Part shown: one piece after another, positions 28,541-41,410 of the stretch
How the letters are laid out: each line of letters opens with the position of its first letter
How positions within the stretch are numbered: the first letter of the stretch is position 1
Source of the DNA: Lingula anatina
Taxonomy: Eukaryota; Animalia; Brachiopoda
Assembly (NCBI GenBank): GCA_051362555.1
Contig: CM120648.1
Span: 1,093,721 to 1,157,720, forward strand
Direction: 5' to 3'
Length of the DNA: 64,000 nucleotides
Made by a program: the position numbers and the translations under genes
Notes under the pieces: generated by a model
Told to the model about the DNA's origin: nothing
The model's database searches: none
Seen by the model: only the letters and a program-made list of their open reading frames with translations

Positions 28541-29512
28541 CTGGTGCCAATAGCAATGTGGTCTAACTCTCTGTCAGCCTTTAAGTACTATGATTAAAAT
28601 TGAAAGTCTACTCAGTATGAACAATATATTAAAGCAAACCAGAGACCAGCTTTAATGGGTGTCAAGAGAACACAGATGCATAAAAAACATGTACCATGGG
28701 CTAGAGCAGCTAGACCTTTGCCATATGCCAACACGTGTATTAATTAGTCTGTAATAACTGTCTAAATGCCATATGTCACGGTGGCCAGGCCATGGTGGAA
28801 TGCAGTGGAAATATTAGTAGATGGGTCATAATTTCTGCTCTGGGAAATATTTCTAAGAAAGTTCATGCATGCTCAAAGATCTTGGATCTAGTCCAACTTG
28901 GTGAAGGCATTTGTTCTTTAACATCAAAGCAGAAGACCATGTTGGTGTAACTGAGGAGAAATATTTCTCAAAATTAACTCATTGGCAACTGCTAAAAATT
29001 ATGATTTGAAAGGTGTGGAAAATTAACTAGATGTTCATGTCAAAAGATATTACTGCAAAACAACTAAAATAATCATTAAATATTTTACTTATGCAACAAC
29101 CATCTCTTTGACAAATCTTGACAAACATGAAATACTGCAATAAGTGAGTTGTTTTGGAGTGAATAGTTACCAAATTCTTATTTCTGACATAGAACCAGGC
29201 CTAACACAACAATGCAACTATTAATGTGCACTGGTGAACTTCCTGTCTAGAAAGAATTAACCAAACCCTAGGTATTTCCTAAACACTAAGAAATGAGCAA
29301 TTATTAATTCATATGTAAATGCCCATGAGCTGACACGAAGACTTGTCACACACAATAATGTGTGCACTTGCTGAAGTGCAATTAAGACCTGTGATGACAC
29401 AGCTGAAGAAAACCTTCCAGGCATCATCAGAGGCGTGGTCTGCCATAGATGACTTCAGAATGGAGAGCGGTCTGACTTTCATCCATAAAAAGGCATTTAT
29501 AATTTACAAGGG

Positions 29513-29584
<72 letters not shown>

Positions 29585-30628
29585 TATTGCCATCCGACGG
29601 TTAGTGGCAGCTCTCTGCAGACCTGCAGGATTACAAAGACACCCCGCGCTCCTCAGATACTGAAATATGTGCTACGGGCTGATAACACGAGTTAAACAGA
29701 TTTTCGGTCCAAAGCAGATCATGCTTAAGCATGCCTACAGATAGCAGAACACAGGTTCAAGGGGTTTGGCATCATCCACATGCCCACTGGCATTTCTCCC
29801 TTACTGACCAACCCAAAACTGACCAATTAAGCCACTACTTACCGTAATGGCATCATTAATGCCATCATTGACACTTACCGAAATTGAGCCAAAACCAAAA
29901 GAACAACACCCCATGTACATCTCTTTGATGCTTTCTACTAAACAATATCTTAGTTCTTTATTTTTCCTTCAGACAGAGTCTTCTTGCAGAGATTTTGGCA
30001 TATACATGTCAAGTAAATATAAGTCCTTAGTGATGTATGTGCAACCCCCTTACTAGTATACACTGTATATATGTCAAGTAAATATAGTCTGATATAGCAG
30101 ATACGCCCTCTCTTTTCAGTCATAACCCGTCATAAACCTTTGTGCTTTGCATTCATATCTAATATTAGGGATAATAAACTAAACCATAGCCATTTATGTT
30201 GGTACAAACACTCTCATTATATGAGTCATCAAAAAAAATACACTACTTAAAAGACAACAATCTGCTCACGTTTAAAATGAAAGTGTACATGGAGAATTTT
30301 ATAGTTAACCCAAAACAGGTTGTCCAAACGATAAGCTCAATTCACCAAAATATGACAGACATACACTGGGTTCTGAGATAAAGTCGCAGATTTGACCTTT
30401 CAGAACGGAAATACTGAGTAAGTATTTAAAAATACTGACACGAGAGTCTAACTCCAAGCAGTTTGGCAATTCACTACGCTTCAACATGGACTTATTTACA
30501 TCCCTTATCAAACTTAACTTCCCTGAGTACGAAACACTCAACGGCGCATCTAATAGTCTATGCGGACGGGATAGAGTCTGCGTAAGCGTCTGTTAAGTGT
30601 CCACTTTGATATTTTTTGTTCTACTTAC

Positions 30629-30800
30629 GTGTTCCTGTACGCTGTAGACAAACCTTCAGCCATGTTCGGACGTTGAGAGTAATGGCGAATAGTCTACAGT
30701 CAGGTTATCTGGATGACTCACTGGGTTTGGACGCATTGTGTTGGCAACCAGGAAGTGTCGCAACTAACACATCTCATCAATGGCAATGTAGTCTCAAACT
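30629..30800 (-). promoter_or_regulatory. Putative promoter and first exon of the TRIM-NHL gene
   Basis: CpG-containing patch with aacATGGC at 30663, donor CAC|GTAAGT at 30629, TGACTCA (30714-30720), ETS-like CAGGAAGT (30749-30756) and an ACTACA motif near 30790. Confidence 0.4.
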
Positions 30801-32924
30801 TTGGAAGATACAGAAAATGGACACAGTAGACCAACGATTTATATCAAAATTTTATATACCTTAATTATTATCATAATATATTGGTACAAATCTTTTGATA
30901 GTATAATTTAAAGATCATATTAATGTAAACGCACTTAATGCTCAATAAAATATCTTTTATGCCTTTATTTTTTATCCATTTTTATGGTGCAATTTATTTT
31001 TTCTGGAAATTTTTGATTTTTTTTATTTATAATGATTAATTCCAATGGCTCCTTGTGATTGAATAACCTGACTTGTGTTGAAGGGTTTGAGTTGTATAAC
31101 AAATAGAGCAAGTAGGACGGGGAAGCCAACAATTTCTCATCAAAATTTTTAAAAAGGGTGGGGTAGGGGGGAGAAAAACATTTCAACCCACCTGTATCAA
31201 GAACTCTACAGCAATATTTCAGATCTTCCAGTGTTATAAATATTGCACTGGCATTACCAGATATAACCTTCTTCTTTATTTTTGGAATCTAATTTTTATT
31301 TTGGGCAATTGTACAGATATGAAGTGACACCAGAATGCAATTTTATCTCCCTTTATCAACTTGGTTTTCCAGTTTCAGTGTGCCATTGATGAAATCTCAC
31401 TCTCTCTCATAATTTTGTGGCACAGATTTATTGTCATGGAGATGGTGAGATAATGCCATTAATGAACATGAAATTACAAGCACATAATAGTATGGGGTAA
31501 TCTCTTAAATGATCATCAAAATTTTAGTGGAGTGAAGTGACCTAGATCTAATTTTTTCTTCTAAATTGGTTTTTACTTTTTCAAATCAACAAAGATTTCG
31601 AAACTTAAAACTGATAATTGTGTGGAGAAATACACCCTGGGTGCCAGGGCTCCAAAGGTGACTCATCCACACAGTGCTGGCCAAGAGTCTCCCGAGTATA
31701 AACTGTGAAAGCGGGGTGCAGATTTTATTAGCAATAATACCAGTCTTCTTCAGGAGCAATAAATAAATAAAAATCAACACCTTTTCTTGAAATATTTGAT
31801 TCGGATTTTTGTACAAAGGTTTCTAGTCCATGCCATTGCAAAGGAGACCCTTTATCTGGAGATGGGGAGGACGAATATTTTTTCTTCACTGATAAATTAA
31901 TTTCAAATAAATTCATAACAAAACTGTAAGTTAAATAAGCAAAACAGTTCTGCTTTTCATAGCATGCACATTTTATTACACAATTCAAGAAAATAAAACT
32001 AAAATTTAGTAACTGCAGTTTCACCTGTTCTGGTTAAAATTAGCAAAATATTCAGTTAGAAATTCAGAATATTTTAATACAAATTACTAAGTACTTAAAC
32101 TTTGGCAAACATTTTTTAAATTGTAAATGTACAATCTGTTGCTTTAACAAACTATACTTTTTAAAATGCTCTTCAGCAACAATAAAACAATCAAAGAAAG
32201 AAAAACAACAAACATCCACTGTTAACTTTGCTATTGTTGACTTCAAGTCTGGAAATAAAGAGGGAGGATGAAAACTTATCAATAAGACTACAAAATAACG
32301 ATAAACTTAGTTGCGGACTATGAAAATTCAACTGCATCACTGAAATCAATGATATTAACTGGAAATCTACTTCAATATTTCACACACAATTCTCCAGTGA
32401 ATTAATGAAATGCAATAAACAAACAAAAAAGACTTTAACGAAAACCTTTTTCAGAATTTAAAACAAATATCCTCTAGCACTCTTGTGCTTAAAGAACTCC
32501 ATAAAACTGCAGTACAACCAGAGTACAGCACAATGTTATACTGTGAAACTGCAGCCCCTAACACATAAATAATAAAGATTATGTTACGTTGTCATGGAAA
32601 CAATAAATGCCATCGCCAGGCAAAGTTGTCCTGCTTTGTCCAAGACACATGGGAAAAAAACCCTTCATTGGTCATACACTTGTCACTGGAGCCTACATAG
32701 AAGTTATCAATAAAATGTTCCAAACTCATCCAAATTAAACAAGACAATCTAAATTACATCACCAGATATGAAGATTACAATTCAGCAATGCCCCTACTTT
32801 CCAGCTGCTATTACCATTGCTGATTTTTTTCCAACATGTCCTGAACACAGTAAGGACAACTATTTTACAGATAAAATCTGGTTCCCGACATTCCAATGCC
32901 CAAGTACAACAGCAAATCAAACCA

Positions 32925-35025
32925 TCAACAGTTACACTTTCTCATCCTCATCAGCTTTGGGTTAATCCCCAGCTTAATGGACCTCATGGCCATCGCTCTG
33001 TTAAAATGGCGCTGAGTTTTCGACAACTCCCCGTAGTCATCCAGGTTCGCATCTAAAGACGTGAGAATCCCAACCAAGACTCCTAATACAAGAAACAGGA
33101 TAATAAATAGGGTATAGTACGTCACTGTGGGATCAGGAGTCATTTCCATCTCACGCAAATGGGCCTGCGCCGGCTGAAAACCAGGGTTCAGATCGAGCGT
33201 GTGACGAAAATGCAAAGCGGCCTCGTGAAAGTGTCCGTACGCTTTGAGGATCTCCCCTAAAGTAAAGTGCTGAAGCCAGGAGTTTTGGTCGGCCGTTTGC
33301 AATTCCAAGGATTTTCGCGTGAGAAATATGGCATCGTCCAGGAACTGTAAATTAAAGAGAACTCGTGCCAGGTTCAGAAGCACATCGGGATTGTTAGGAG
33401 ATATGGAGAGAGCTTTTCTAAAGCATTCTATGGACAATTGTGTGTTGCCTTTTATCCTCCAGTAGTTGCCTATCTGGTTGAAGACTTGGGCTGACCTTGG
33501 CTTCTGGCAAATACAAAATGTGAGTGATTTAAATGACAGAACTCTAAATACTACATAATCTACATACATGATATATTTGTAGCCTATTTATGCTACAAAT
33601 AATACAGGAACATCTTTACTACATAAAATACAGGGAAATACCCTTATTTCACTAGTTTTTAAAAACCTGTGCTTTATAGGTTTTAGTTAATGTAAATTTT
33701 GGTATGTTTATCCTCACTTATATATCTTTGTACAACTTCTACACTTTGGTTAGAGTTATTCTAATTAATGCAATATCATCACTTTTGTTATTATAATTAT
33801 TATTACTATTATTTTGCACATCACCCCCATCTACCTCTCGCCGTGACTTCCTCAACCGTCTCTCCAGGTCGCTCATGTCCACCTCGGAGCTCCGACTGCC
33901 TTTTTTCTTAAATATCATGGCCACCTCAGGCTCGGGAATGTGTACGTGTCCCTTCCTATTGGCTATACCCTGTAGATGATCGTACGGCGTGGTGTTGACA
34001 GGTTTCCCGCAGCTCAGGAGGTCGTATTTACTGCCGTGGCCCGCCTGGTGAGGGGTGGAGATGGAGGTAGATTTCGTAGGAGTGTCTGTGGAGGGACTGG
34101 AGAAAAAGGTTCAATGGATTACAATTTCAATAAATTCTTAATATATGATACATACAAGTATAATATATTTTCAAGCCTGAAGCCAGCCATTTCAAAGAAA
34201 AGGTTATTTTTCTGAAAAAGTGGACTATTTACCATGAAACCTTTGTGTGCCTAGATCTAATTTTACCCAAAGTGGATTTTTTTTTATTTTGGACAAAAAG
34301 GGTTTTTTTCAATACTACCAAAAAGTTTTAAATATAATATTACATTTTGAGTTAAATGGTTTGAAATGAAATGTTATATTTTCATTTAGTAACAGACACG
34401 GACGAGAGAGGAGAAATGGAAAGAGAATTACAGACAGGAGGGGGTATGGTAAAACTGCTCAATCAGGATAGAAGGGAAGCAGACAAAATGTGTGACTGAT
34501 ATTAAAAAAAAAAAAAAACATACCTGTCATTTCAGGTCAGAAGAAATGACCACTGTTGGCTAGTGTGGTGGAGGAGATTTCTATCTCACATGAATATTTA
34601 TGTGTGGTCATCAAGAAAACCACTAATAAGGACCGTTGATATTGGACTCAGGAATGTAAAAAAAAAAATGTAGCTGATTCGTTTTAACTGTAAAACAATG
34701 AACGTTCAACCGTCCATAACATGCTTTAGTATGGACGCTCGACTTACTTTTCGATTTCAGCTTTACAATCCGCACAGTGCCCTTGCTCCATCTCTAAAAC
34801 CCACTCTCCGTCTTTAGACACTCTTGCGGTCGTCAAAATATTCAACATAAGATCCTCATCGGGTTTTCTAAGTCCATTATCTTGCGGTTTTTCATCCGTC
34901 ACCACCTTCCCCTCATCAAAATTCAGTCGCCAGTGACTCGATGTTCGAGAGTTGCTGTTGATTATGTGCATGGAAACGATGTAGAGGGCCATGTACGTCG
35001 CACAAGGGACGTCCGTACATGCCAT
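32925..35025 (-). CDS. TTC17-like tetratricopeptide-repeat protein with C-terminal transmembrane segment (372 aa, 3 exons)
   Basis: Exons 34748-35025, 33835-34096 and 32925-33503 join in frame (phases 2, 0). N-terminal hydrophobic segment followed by SHWRLNFDEGKV and CGKPVNTTPYDHLQGIANR, TPRs (NQIGNYWRIKGN..AIFLTRKSL..HFTLGEILKAYG..LDLNPGFQPA) and TM YYTLFIILFLVLGVLVGILTSL. The TTC17 resemblance is from remembered motifs. Confidence 0.75.
34191..34310. mobile_element. Degenerate fragment of MITE family A
   Basis: GCCAG..ATTTCAAA..TTTTTCTGAAAAAGTGGAC..CCTAGATC.AATTT.ACCCA matches the internal sequence of 56481-56638. Confidence 0.6.
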
Positions 35026-36729
35026 TTTGGTACCGAAACCCCCTCGATTTGTCAAATACCGTTGATGAATGTCACCTAGTTTGACAGCACCTGTTTTTAT
35101 GACAACAAAGATGGCTGCCCCTATCCCGCACCAATTTGCCGGTCGAATCTTCTGACCACTGATTGGTCGAAATTTTACGTTAGAATTTACACGAGTGGGC
35201 ATGATCGTTTTATATTTGGACTTTGCAAGCAATAGATTTTTAGATTCGGGTTTCAAAACTCCGGCAAATTACTTTTGTGTCACAAAGTTTTCGTCCATTT
35301 ATGTTCATTTCATTGGTGAGCTATGATTGACACCATATAGAAGTTTTCTCTACTTCTATGTTGACACATAGCAATTTATGTGAGGCAGATTTATGAAACA
35401 AGTCCTAGCTCTACGAAAAAATATTCATTTACATTCTTTGATAATTTCTTTAATAATTTTAAGGAAAAAACTTTTTAATCTGCAAGTTTCTTTATAAATC
35501 CATTTTTGTTTCATTTTCCACAGAAATAACTCAACAATTTTGCAGTTCCAGTCAAATGATTTTATAAGCAAATCATGAAAAAAAAAAACATTTCCTTTTA
35601 CGTTTCATCTGTTAAGTAAAACAATAATTATATAAATTATGCCACTCTTAATCATTACTATTCATTATTACATTAATGTATTTTTAAAAGCATAAACAAA
35701 CGTCTATTAATTCATATAAAACTACCTTTCGAAAAGGCACAAAATGCACTAAAGTTGGACTAAATCAGTACTTCAAGGCACTATATAGTTGTGTTTATAT
35801 CTAAACACAAACATATTTTAATTTAATCTACTGCAATGCTAATTAGCTAACATAACCACATACTTCAAAACAAAACTTTTTAGAGTCCCTGTCATTTAAG
35901 TCGATCCTTTTCATGTATGACACATGGCCTACTATTGGCCACTTTAGTACAATAACTTACACTCGTACTAGCGATCTAATATGGGACTATCAAAAGCACC
36001 AGGAATGTGTCTTTGCAAATAGAGAGAGAAATATTGTAACAGAGAGGTGATGTCACCTACTGGGTACGTACCAACAGCTAGATATATTAGGCACAAGGAG
36101 GTAATAACACACAGAAATAGTTGAAAGATTTTCAGTGAGTGAGAGTGCAAATGTTACAGTGATAATATAAAATGGTATTGCATAAGTTGCCAGGGTGACA
36201 TCACTATTTCCCTGTTGTGTACTGCTCTGAAATATTAACTTTCTACCTGATCTGGAAGTCATTTTTATAGATGGCACAATAACAAGCAGTAAACTTTCCT
36301 GAAGGAACACATCAATGATAAAATTGTGTTCAAATGCAATGCCCGCTCACTTAGGCTCAATTCACAACCTTGTTGATGATCATATAATATATATTATATA
36401 TAATCTAATATATGGCATTATAAAATGGGTTTCTAGAACAACATACCAGCAAGTATTAACTTGTAACAATTTCTATCAGTATTCAAAAATAGAAAACACT
36501 CTTTGAGCCTTATCACAAATACAGTATTCAAATATTGTTTAAAGATCTGGAAAACAAAGATAATTTTAAAAATACATTGCAATTCTTATAAAATTGCTAT
36601 AATTTTTCACAGTTACACATGAACAATTTTACTTTTATATAGAAGTTTAAACAGGTGGTCTAAAACTTCAACATCGTTCACTTCTATGCTGCACTGTAAA
36701 AATTTGTGTTAATTGAAACAGGCCTAAAT

Positions 36730-36895
36730 CAGGCCCGTAGCCGGGGGGGGGGGGGGGGTCGAAAGAACCATCCTTTTTGCTGAGAAAAGGTCCTCTCTGG
36801 GTAAAATTTGATCTATGTACTTGAGGATTTTATGGTAAAAGGTACACTTTTTCAGAAAACGAACCCCTCCTCCGAAATTGCTGACTATGGGCCTG
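36730..36895. mobile_element. MITE family A copy (TIR CAGGCCCGTAGCC, 5-bp TSD TAAAT)
   Basis: Terminal inverted repeats with TAAAT on both flanks; the internal sequence matches the copies at 56481 and 57593. Confidence 0.85.
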
Positions 36896-38355
36896 TAAAT
36901 AAACACCAAAGCCATTCAGCTATGTTTAACAATGGTAGAATTATCATGTATCATATTAGAACAGACTTATATATAATGTATATAACCTATAAATACACAT
37001 GAGACATGATAAGACTTCCATACAAAGTCAGACTTACAAAGTAAATAACAGAAAATGTGACAAGGTATTGTTTAATATTATATTCCATATTAAAATTCAT
37101 GATATGGTATCGGTCTTGCATCCTAAAAAATGATATTTCACAGCATAATTTCATTGCCGTAATTAATACTAGAAATATATATTCTGGATATGTACATTTC
37201 AAGGTAAGCATAACACACTGTTTTTCTTATAAACCTAGAAAATATCAGCTTACCTACGAATAATTTTAAGCTATGAACTATAGCAAATTTGATATAAAAA
37301 TGGACAGAAACTGATACAAAAGATGTGTTGAGTTTTGACCACTGATGGATACCACTGTAAGTTACAGTGACCTGTACATATGTTAGATTGTCATATCTTA
37401 ATCATGTATTCACATTTTCTCTTCAGATACCCTGCACTCGAAGTCAAGTCACCGTACAGTCAACTAATTAATAAGTCAAGTGAAGGATATTAATTTATGA
37501 GATATCTTTAACTTGAGACATCATTACAGTGACAATGCATAAGAGCTACAAAAAAATCCAAAAAGACCTAGGAAATACATACACTGTATATAATTGTATT
37601 TCTAAAATTTTGTTAAGTCCTATATTTTAAGTAGCTAGTACCAATACTTAATTTTTAAGTTTATCAATGACAGGCTCTGTGCATCTAAGTAAATTATATC
37701 ACAATGTCATATATATATACATGAACTTTATAATTTGAGCACTCAGAAAAGTCATACCTTTTGTTAGTAGATATTATTAACAAAGAGAACAGGCCCTAAC
37801 ATAATTTATTATTATACATTCGTCTTGCTTACATATAATGCTTATGGTATGATGCTAGCATGCAATTCCCATGTTGTGAAAAGTTGACTCGGCATTAACA
37901 TTGCACCTAGCTTCTGGTTATGAAATACTGGATTTCTGTATGTAACGATGATTACTTATATATTTTCTTTTTTTTAATCCTGGAATGGGTCCATCATGAT
38001 GTTCATCCAGCAGTATTATAGAGAGGTTTGCTGTGAAGTCGTCTGTCTTTCTTGCTGCTCATGGATACGGTCTTGTTGGTACTCCAAAATGGAATTATGA
38101 AGACACTAAAAAGAGACAGGCAAAGAAAAAAACTGAAATCAAGTTGAACTTGCAAGCTGTGATATGTAATAAATATTAGGAAAAAAAGAATGCATAAAGT
38201 GCAAGCTAGGCACTCTCAATCTGCTAATGTTGTTCAATCGTTCACTGAAAACTTAAAAAAAAATAGAAATGAATCCCCTATCATAGTCTTGAACATTTTT
38301 TTTCCTTTTTAAAATATATACCTTTGATATTTTTGGCCAAATATTCAAGCCACAT

Positions 38356-39068
38356 CTATTCCAAATCATAAGAATAATTTTTCACTCTGCATAACAGGTC
38401 ATAATGACCTGAGCGTCCACTGTCGGTCGGTCTGTACATTAAGTAAATGTCTTTCTTTTTTTCTTGCTCTTCTCCAAAACAATGTATCTCCTGGATTTTT
38501 TGCCCATCTGTCATTTGAAACACGTGTATCACCACATCTTCAACATGAGCCAAGGCTTCCACCTCTAAATGAGTAGCATAGACCCCAGGTTTCCTCATAT
38601 CTTTGATCTCGGTTTCTAAGTTCCTGTAGTGTTCATCAGTGAAAATACCTGACCTATCTTCTACACCCTCCACTTCACCTGTTGACATTTCAATCGAGTG
38701 TTCACGGAGAAAATCCCTGCCCTGCCCAGTTGATGTTTTAAGACTTTTCAACATTTTTTCATAATGAACATTATCCTCCTGCATGTGATCAACAGTTTGA
38801 TTCCTGAGGTCTAAAACCAAATGATCTTCCTTTTCCCTGTCTTTGGGGTTCTGACAATACTTGTCCATGCCTTTCGCACTGTTGAAAAGATCCTCATTCA
38901 GTCCTCGAACACATGACCTAAAGAAACAGTCTCCATCACCTGGTGTCCGTATTAACTCATACTCCGCCCCGTCTCCGCTGGTGTAGATTTCTTTCCCTTC
39001 TTGGCGGGTATTAGATGGAGATGGCTCAGGAGCTCGCCTGGTTTCTTCCTCTTCCCAACCCTGATTGG
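38356..39068 (-). CDS. OTU-family cysteine protease/deubiquitinase domain exon
   Basis: Cys loop TPGDGDCFFRSC (Cys codon 38926-38928), variable-loop-like YATHLEVEALAHVEDVVIHVF and His loop SGHYDLL (His codon 38404-38406). Phase-1 acceptor attttag|CC at 39068. Confidence 0.9.
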
Positions 39069-41363
39069 CTAAAATATAATCCATAATGATCTTCTGCTTT
39101 AGCTTCATATGTAAGTGCATGTACGTGTGTGTGTGTGTGTGTGTGTGTGTAGTTGAAAGAGCCTATTAGCAGGATAAACAGCAAGTAACAAAAATAAAAT
39201 TAAGGAAAAGAAGAAATCTGTAATTTACCAATTCCATCTCCTTTTCCTTCTTCTCCTATCTTCACTTCATTTATAGAGGGGTGTGAACTCTTGTATCCAG
39301 GATGAGGAAGGTTCTCATATTCTATCATATCCCCTGAACAAATAAAAAAGCAATCATAATTTTGTACAAGGCAATCAGGCATCTGTAGTTGAAAGAGCCT
39401 TAGAGCAGAATAAACAGCAAGTAACAAAAAATAAAATCAAGGAAAAGAAGAAATCTGTAATTTACCAATTCCATCTCCTTTTCCTTCTTCTCCTATCTTC
39501 ACTTTATTAATAGAGGGGTGTGAACTCTTGTATCCAGGACGAGGAGAGTTCTCATATTCTATCATAACCCCTGAGCAAATAAAAAAGCAATCATAATTTT
39601 GTACAAAGAAAGCAGGGGTGTCAAATTAACAAAACAAATGCCACCATATAGTTACAAACACCATAACTTTACAAAATACCACAGGGTTTTATTATTTCTT
39701 GAAAAAATATTTGAACAGTATCTGCTTACTTTATGTGCAGTACATGACCCCATTTCATACCAACTCATTATATCAATCACTATGCTCTAAGCCTTACATA
39801 ACTTATATCATTTGGCAGACTTAACAAACTGCAGGGACATACTGAGAGATCAAGTTGATGAGCAGAAATTTGAAACAAGTGTAGTTTAACTGAATTTTTT
39901 GGGTTGACAGAGTGATAGATTTGGTTAATCCTTCAGCACGTGGACTATTTTGAGTTCAGTAGATTGAAATTTCAATCTGACCTGAGCAGATTTCAATAAG
40001 ATGTTATATAGCACCCCCCCCCCCCCCCCCCAAAAAAAAAAAAAACCTACCTGCAGCTCTTGATGGACATGAAGATGGGTTTACATCAGGTGGAGGCGCA
40101 GAGGCGATGCTCTTCTCATCATGTTTATAGTACACAGACGCATCATTCTGACCTTTCGCCTGACTGCCATTAGATGTCACTGTAAGTTTAAAATGTGGAT
40201 TAGAAATTCAGTTTAAACAATAAACAGCTGGTAAAATGTATGAAGGCATGATACACTTTTTTGACCCATTTTTTTCCATATGATATCCGCTTATTGATTT
40301 TATACATTTACTGTACATTCTTACACGTTCACATATAGCCTCAATAAGCCTCATTTCTTTATTTTAGTTGTGAAGTGTACAACAGTCAAGGTGCTCCAAA
40401 TAGTATTACCTTCATTTACTGTGTTACTTTTACGCAGTGACAAATGGCCTAAAACTGTTTGTATGCGTTTCATGCAAAAGCCTGATCGCATCGTACCTGT
40501 CCTGCTGCCTTTTTTAGAACTCTTTCGTGCATATATTTCCTCAAGTTTTCTGGAATATAGTGTTTCACAGCGTCAAAGTGGTCACAACGATGAGGATATC
40601 AAAATGTAGAAATAATTGAAACAAGCTGCGAGCCCCATACTATATGTCTAAACATAAATGTGTCTGTCTGTGTGTCTGTCTGTCTGACACTATCAAGTTT
40701 GCACTTCGAATTGTAAAAGTTACATGATTATGAAGTAAAATCTATGCCTATAAACTGATCAAATTCCAGTTTCAAATAGCACAACTTCTGAAAATAACAA
40801 AAAGAGCTATCTCATACTTAAAATAAAGAAAAGAAAAAATTATATTTGGGCAGAAATTTTGAGATTCCTTTCTGTAGTATTTGATGATTTTCAGTTTTTA
40901 TGGCCATTTTTAACACTATTTAAGTGATTGATTCTTCAAATATTTTAAAGTATGACTACTTTTATTATGAATGATGATTAATACCAACAGTTTCTTAATA
41001 TCTTTGATGCAACGTAGGCTCTAAATATTTAATATTTAATATAATTTTATCATTATTCTTTTCAAAACTGAATAATTTCAATAAAAATTTTTTTCAGTTC
41101 ACCTCATCAACACACTGTCCTTCCTTATTTTGTCAGCCAAGTCTCCTTTCCCAACGTTTTCCATCTCCAAGCGGTCCAGGACAAACTGTACACTCTCTCC
41201 AGACACTTTTTCATACCACTGCCCAATAGCCTGGTAGACAATCTCCTTCAACCCTCTGTGATCATGTTCCAGGGCTTGTATATCAATTTCTTTAAGATCT
41301 GGAAGTCATGCAAAAATATTATCTTACCACATCATTTCAGCACCCCTCTCTCTCCTTCTCTCT

Positions 41364-41410
<47 letters not shown>

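Noticed and set aside
34524-34646. Apparent exon with a CAG|GTATGT donor in intron 1 of the TPR gene
   Set aside because: Stops in the usable frames; exon 1 joins 34096 directly in frame.
39069-39120. OTU ORF as a stand-alone gene starting at Met 39120
   Set aside because: The leader abuts a (GT)n tract inside a 160-nt intron, and a phase-compatible acceptor at 39068 links the domain to the upstream exons. An independent gene cannot be excluded without transcripts.
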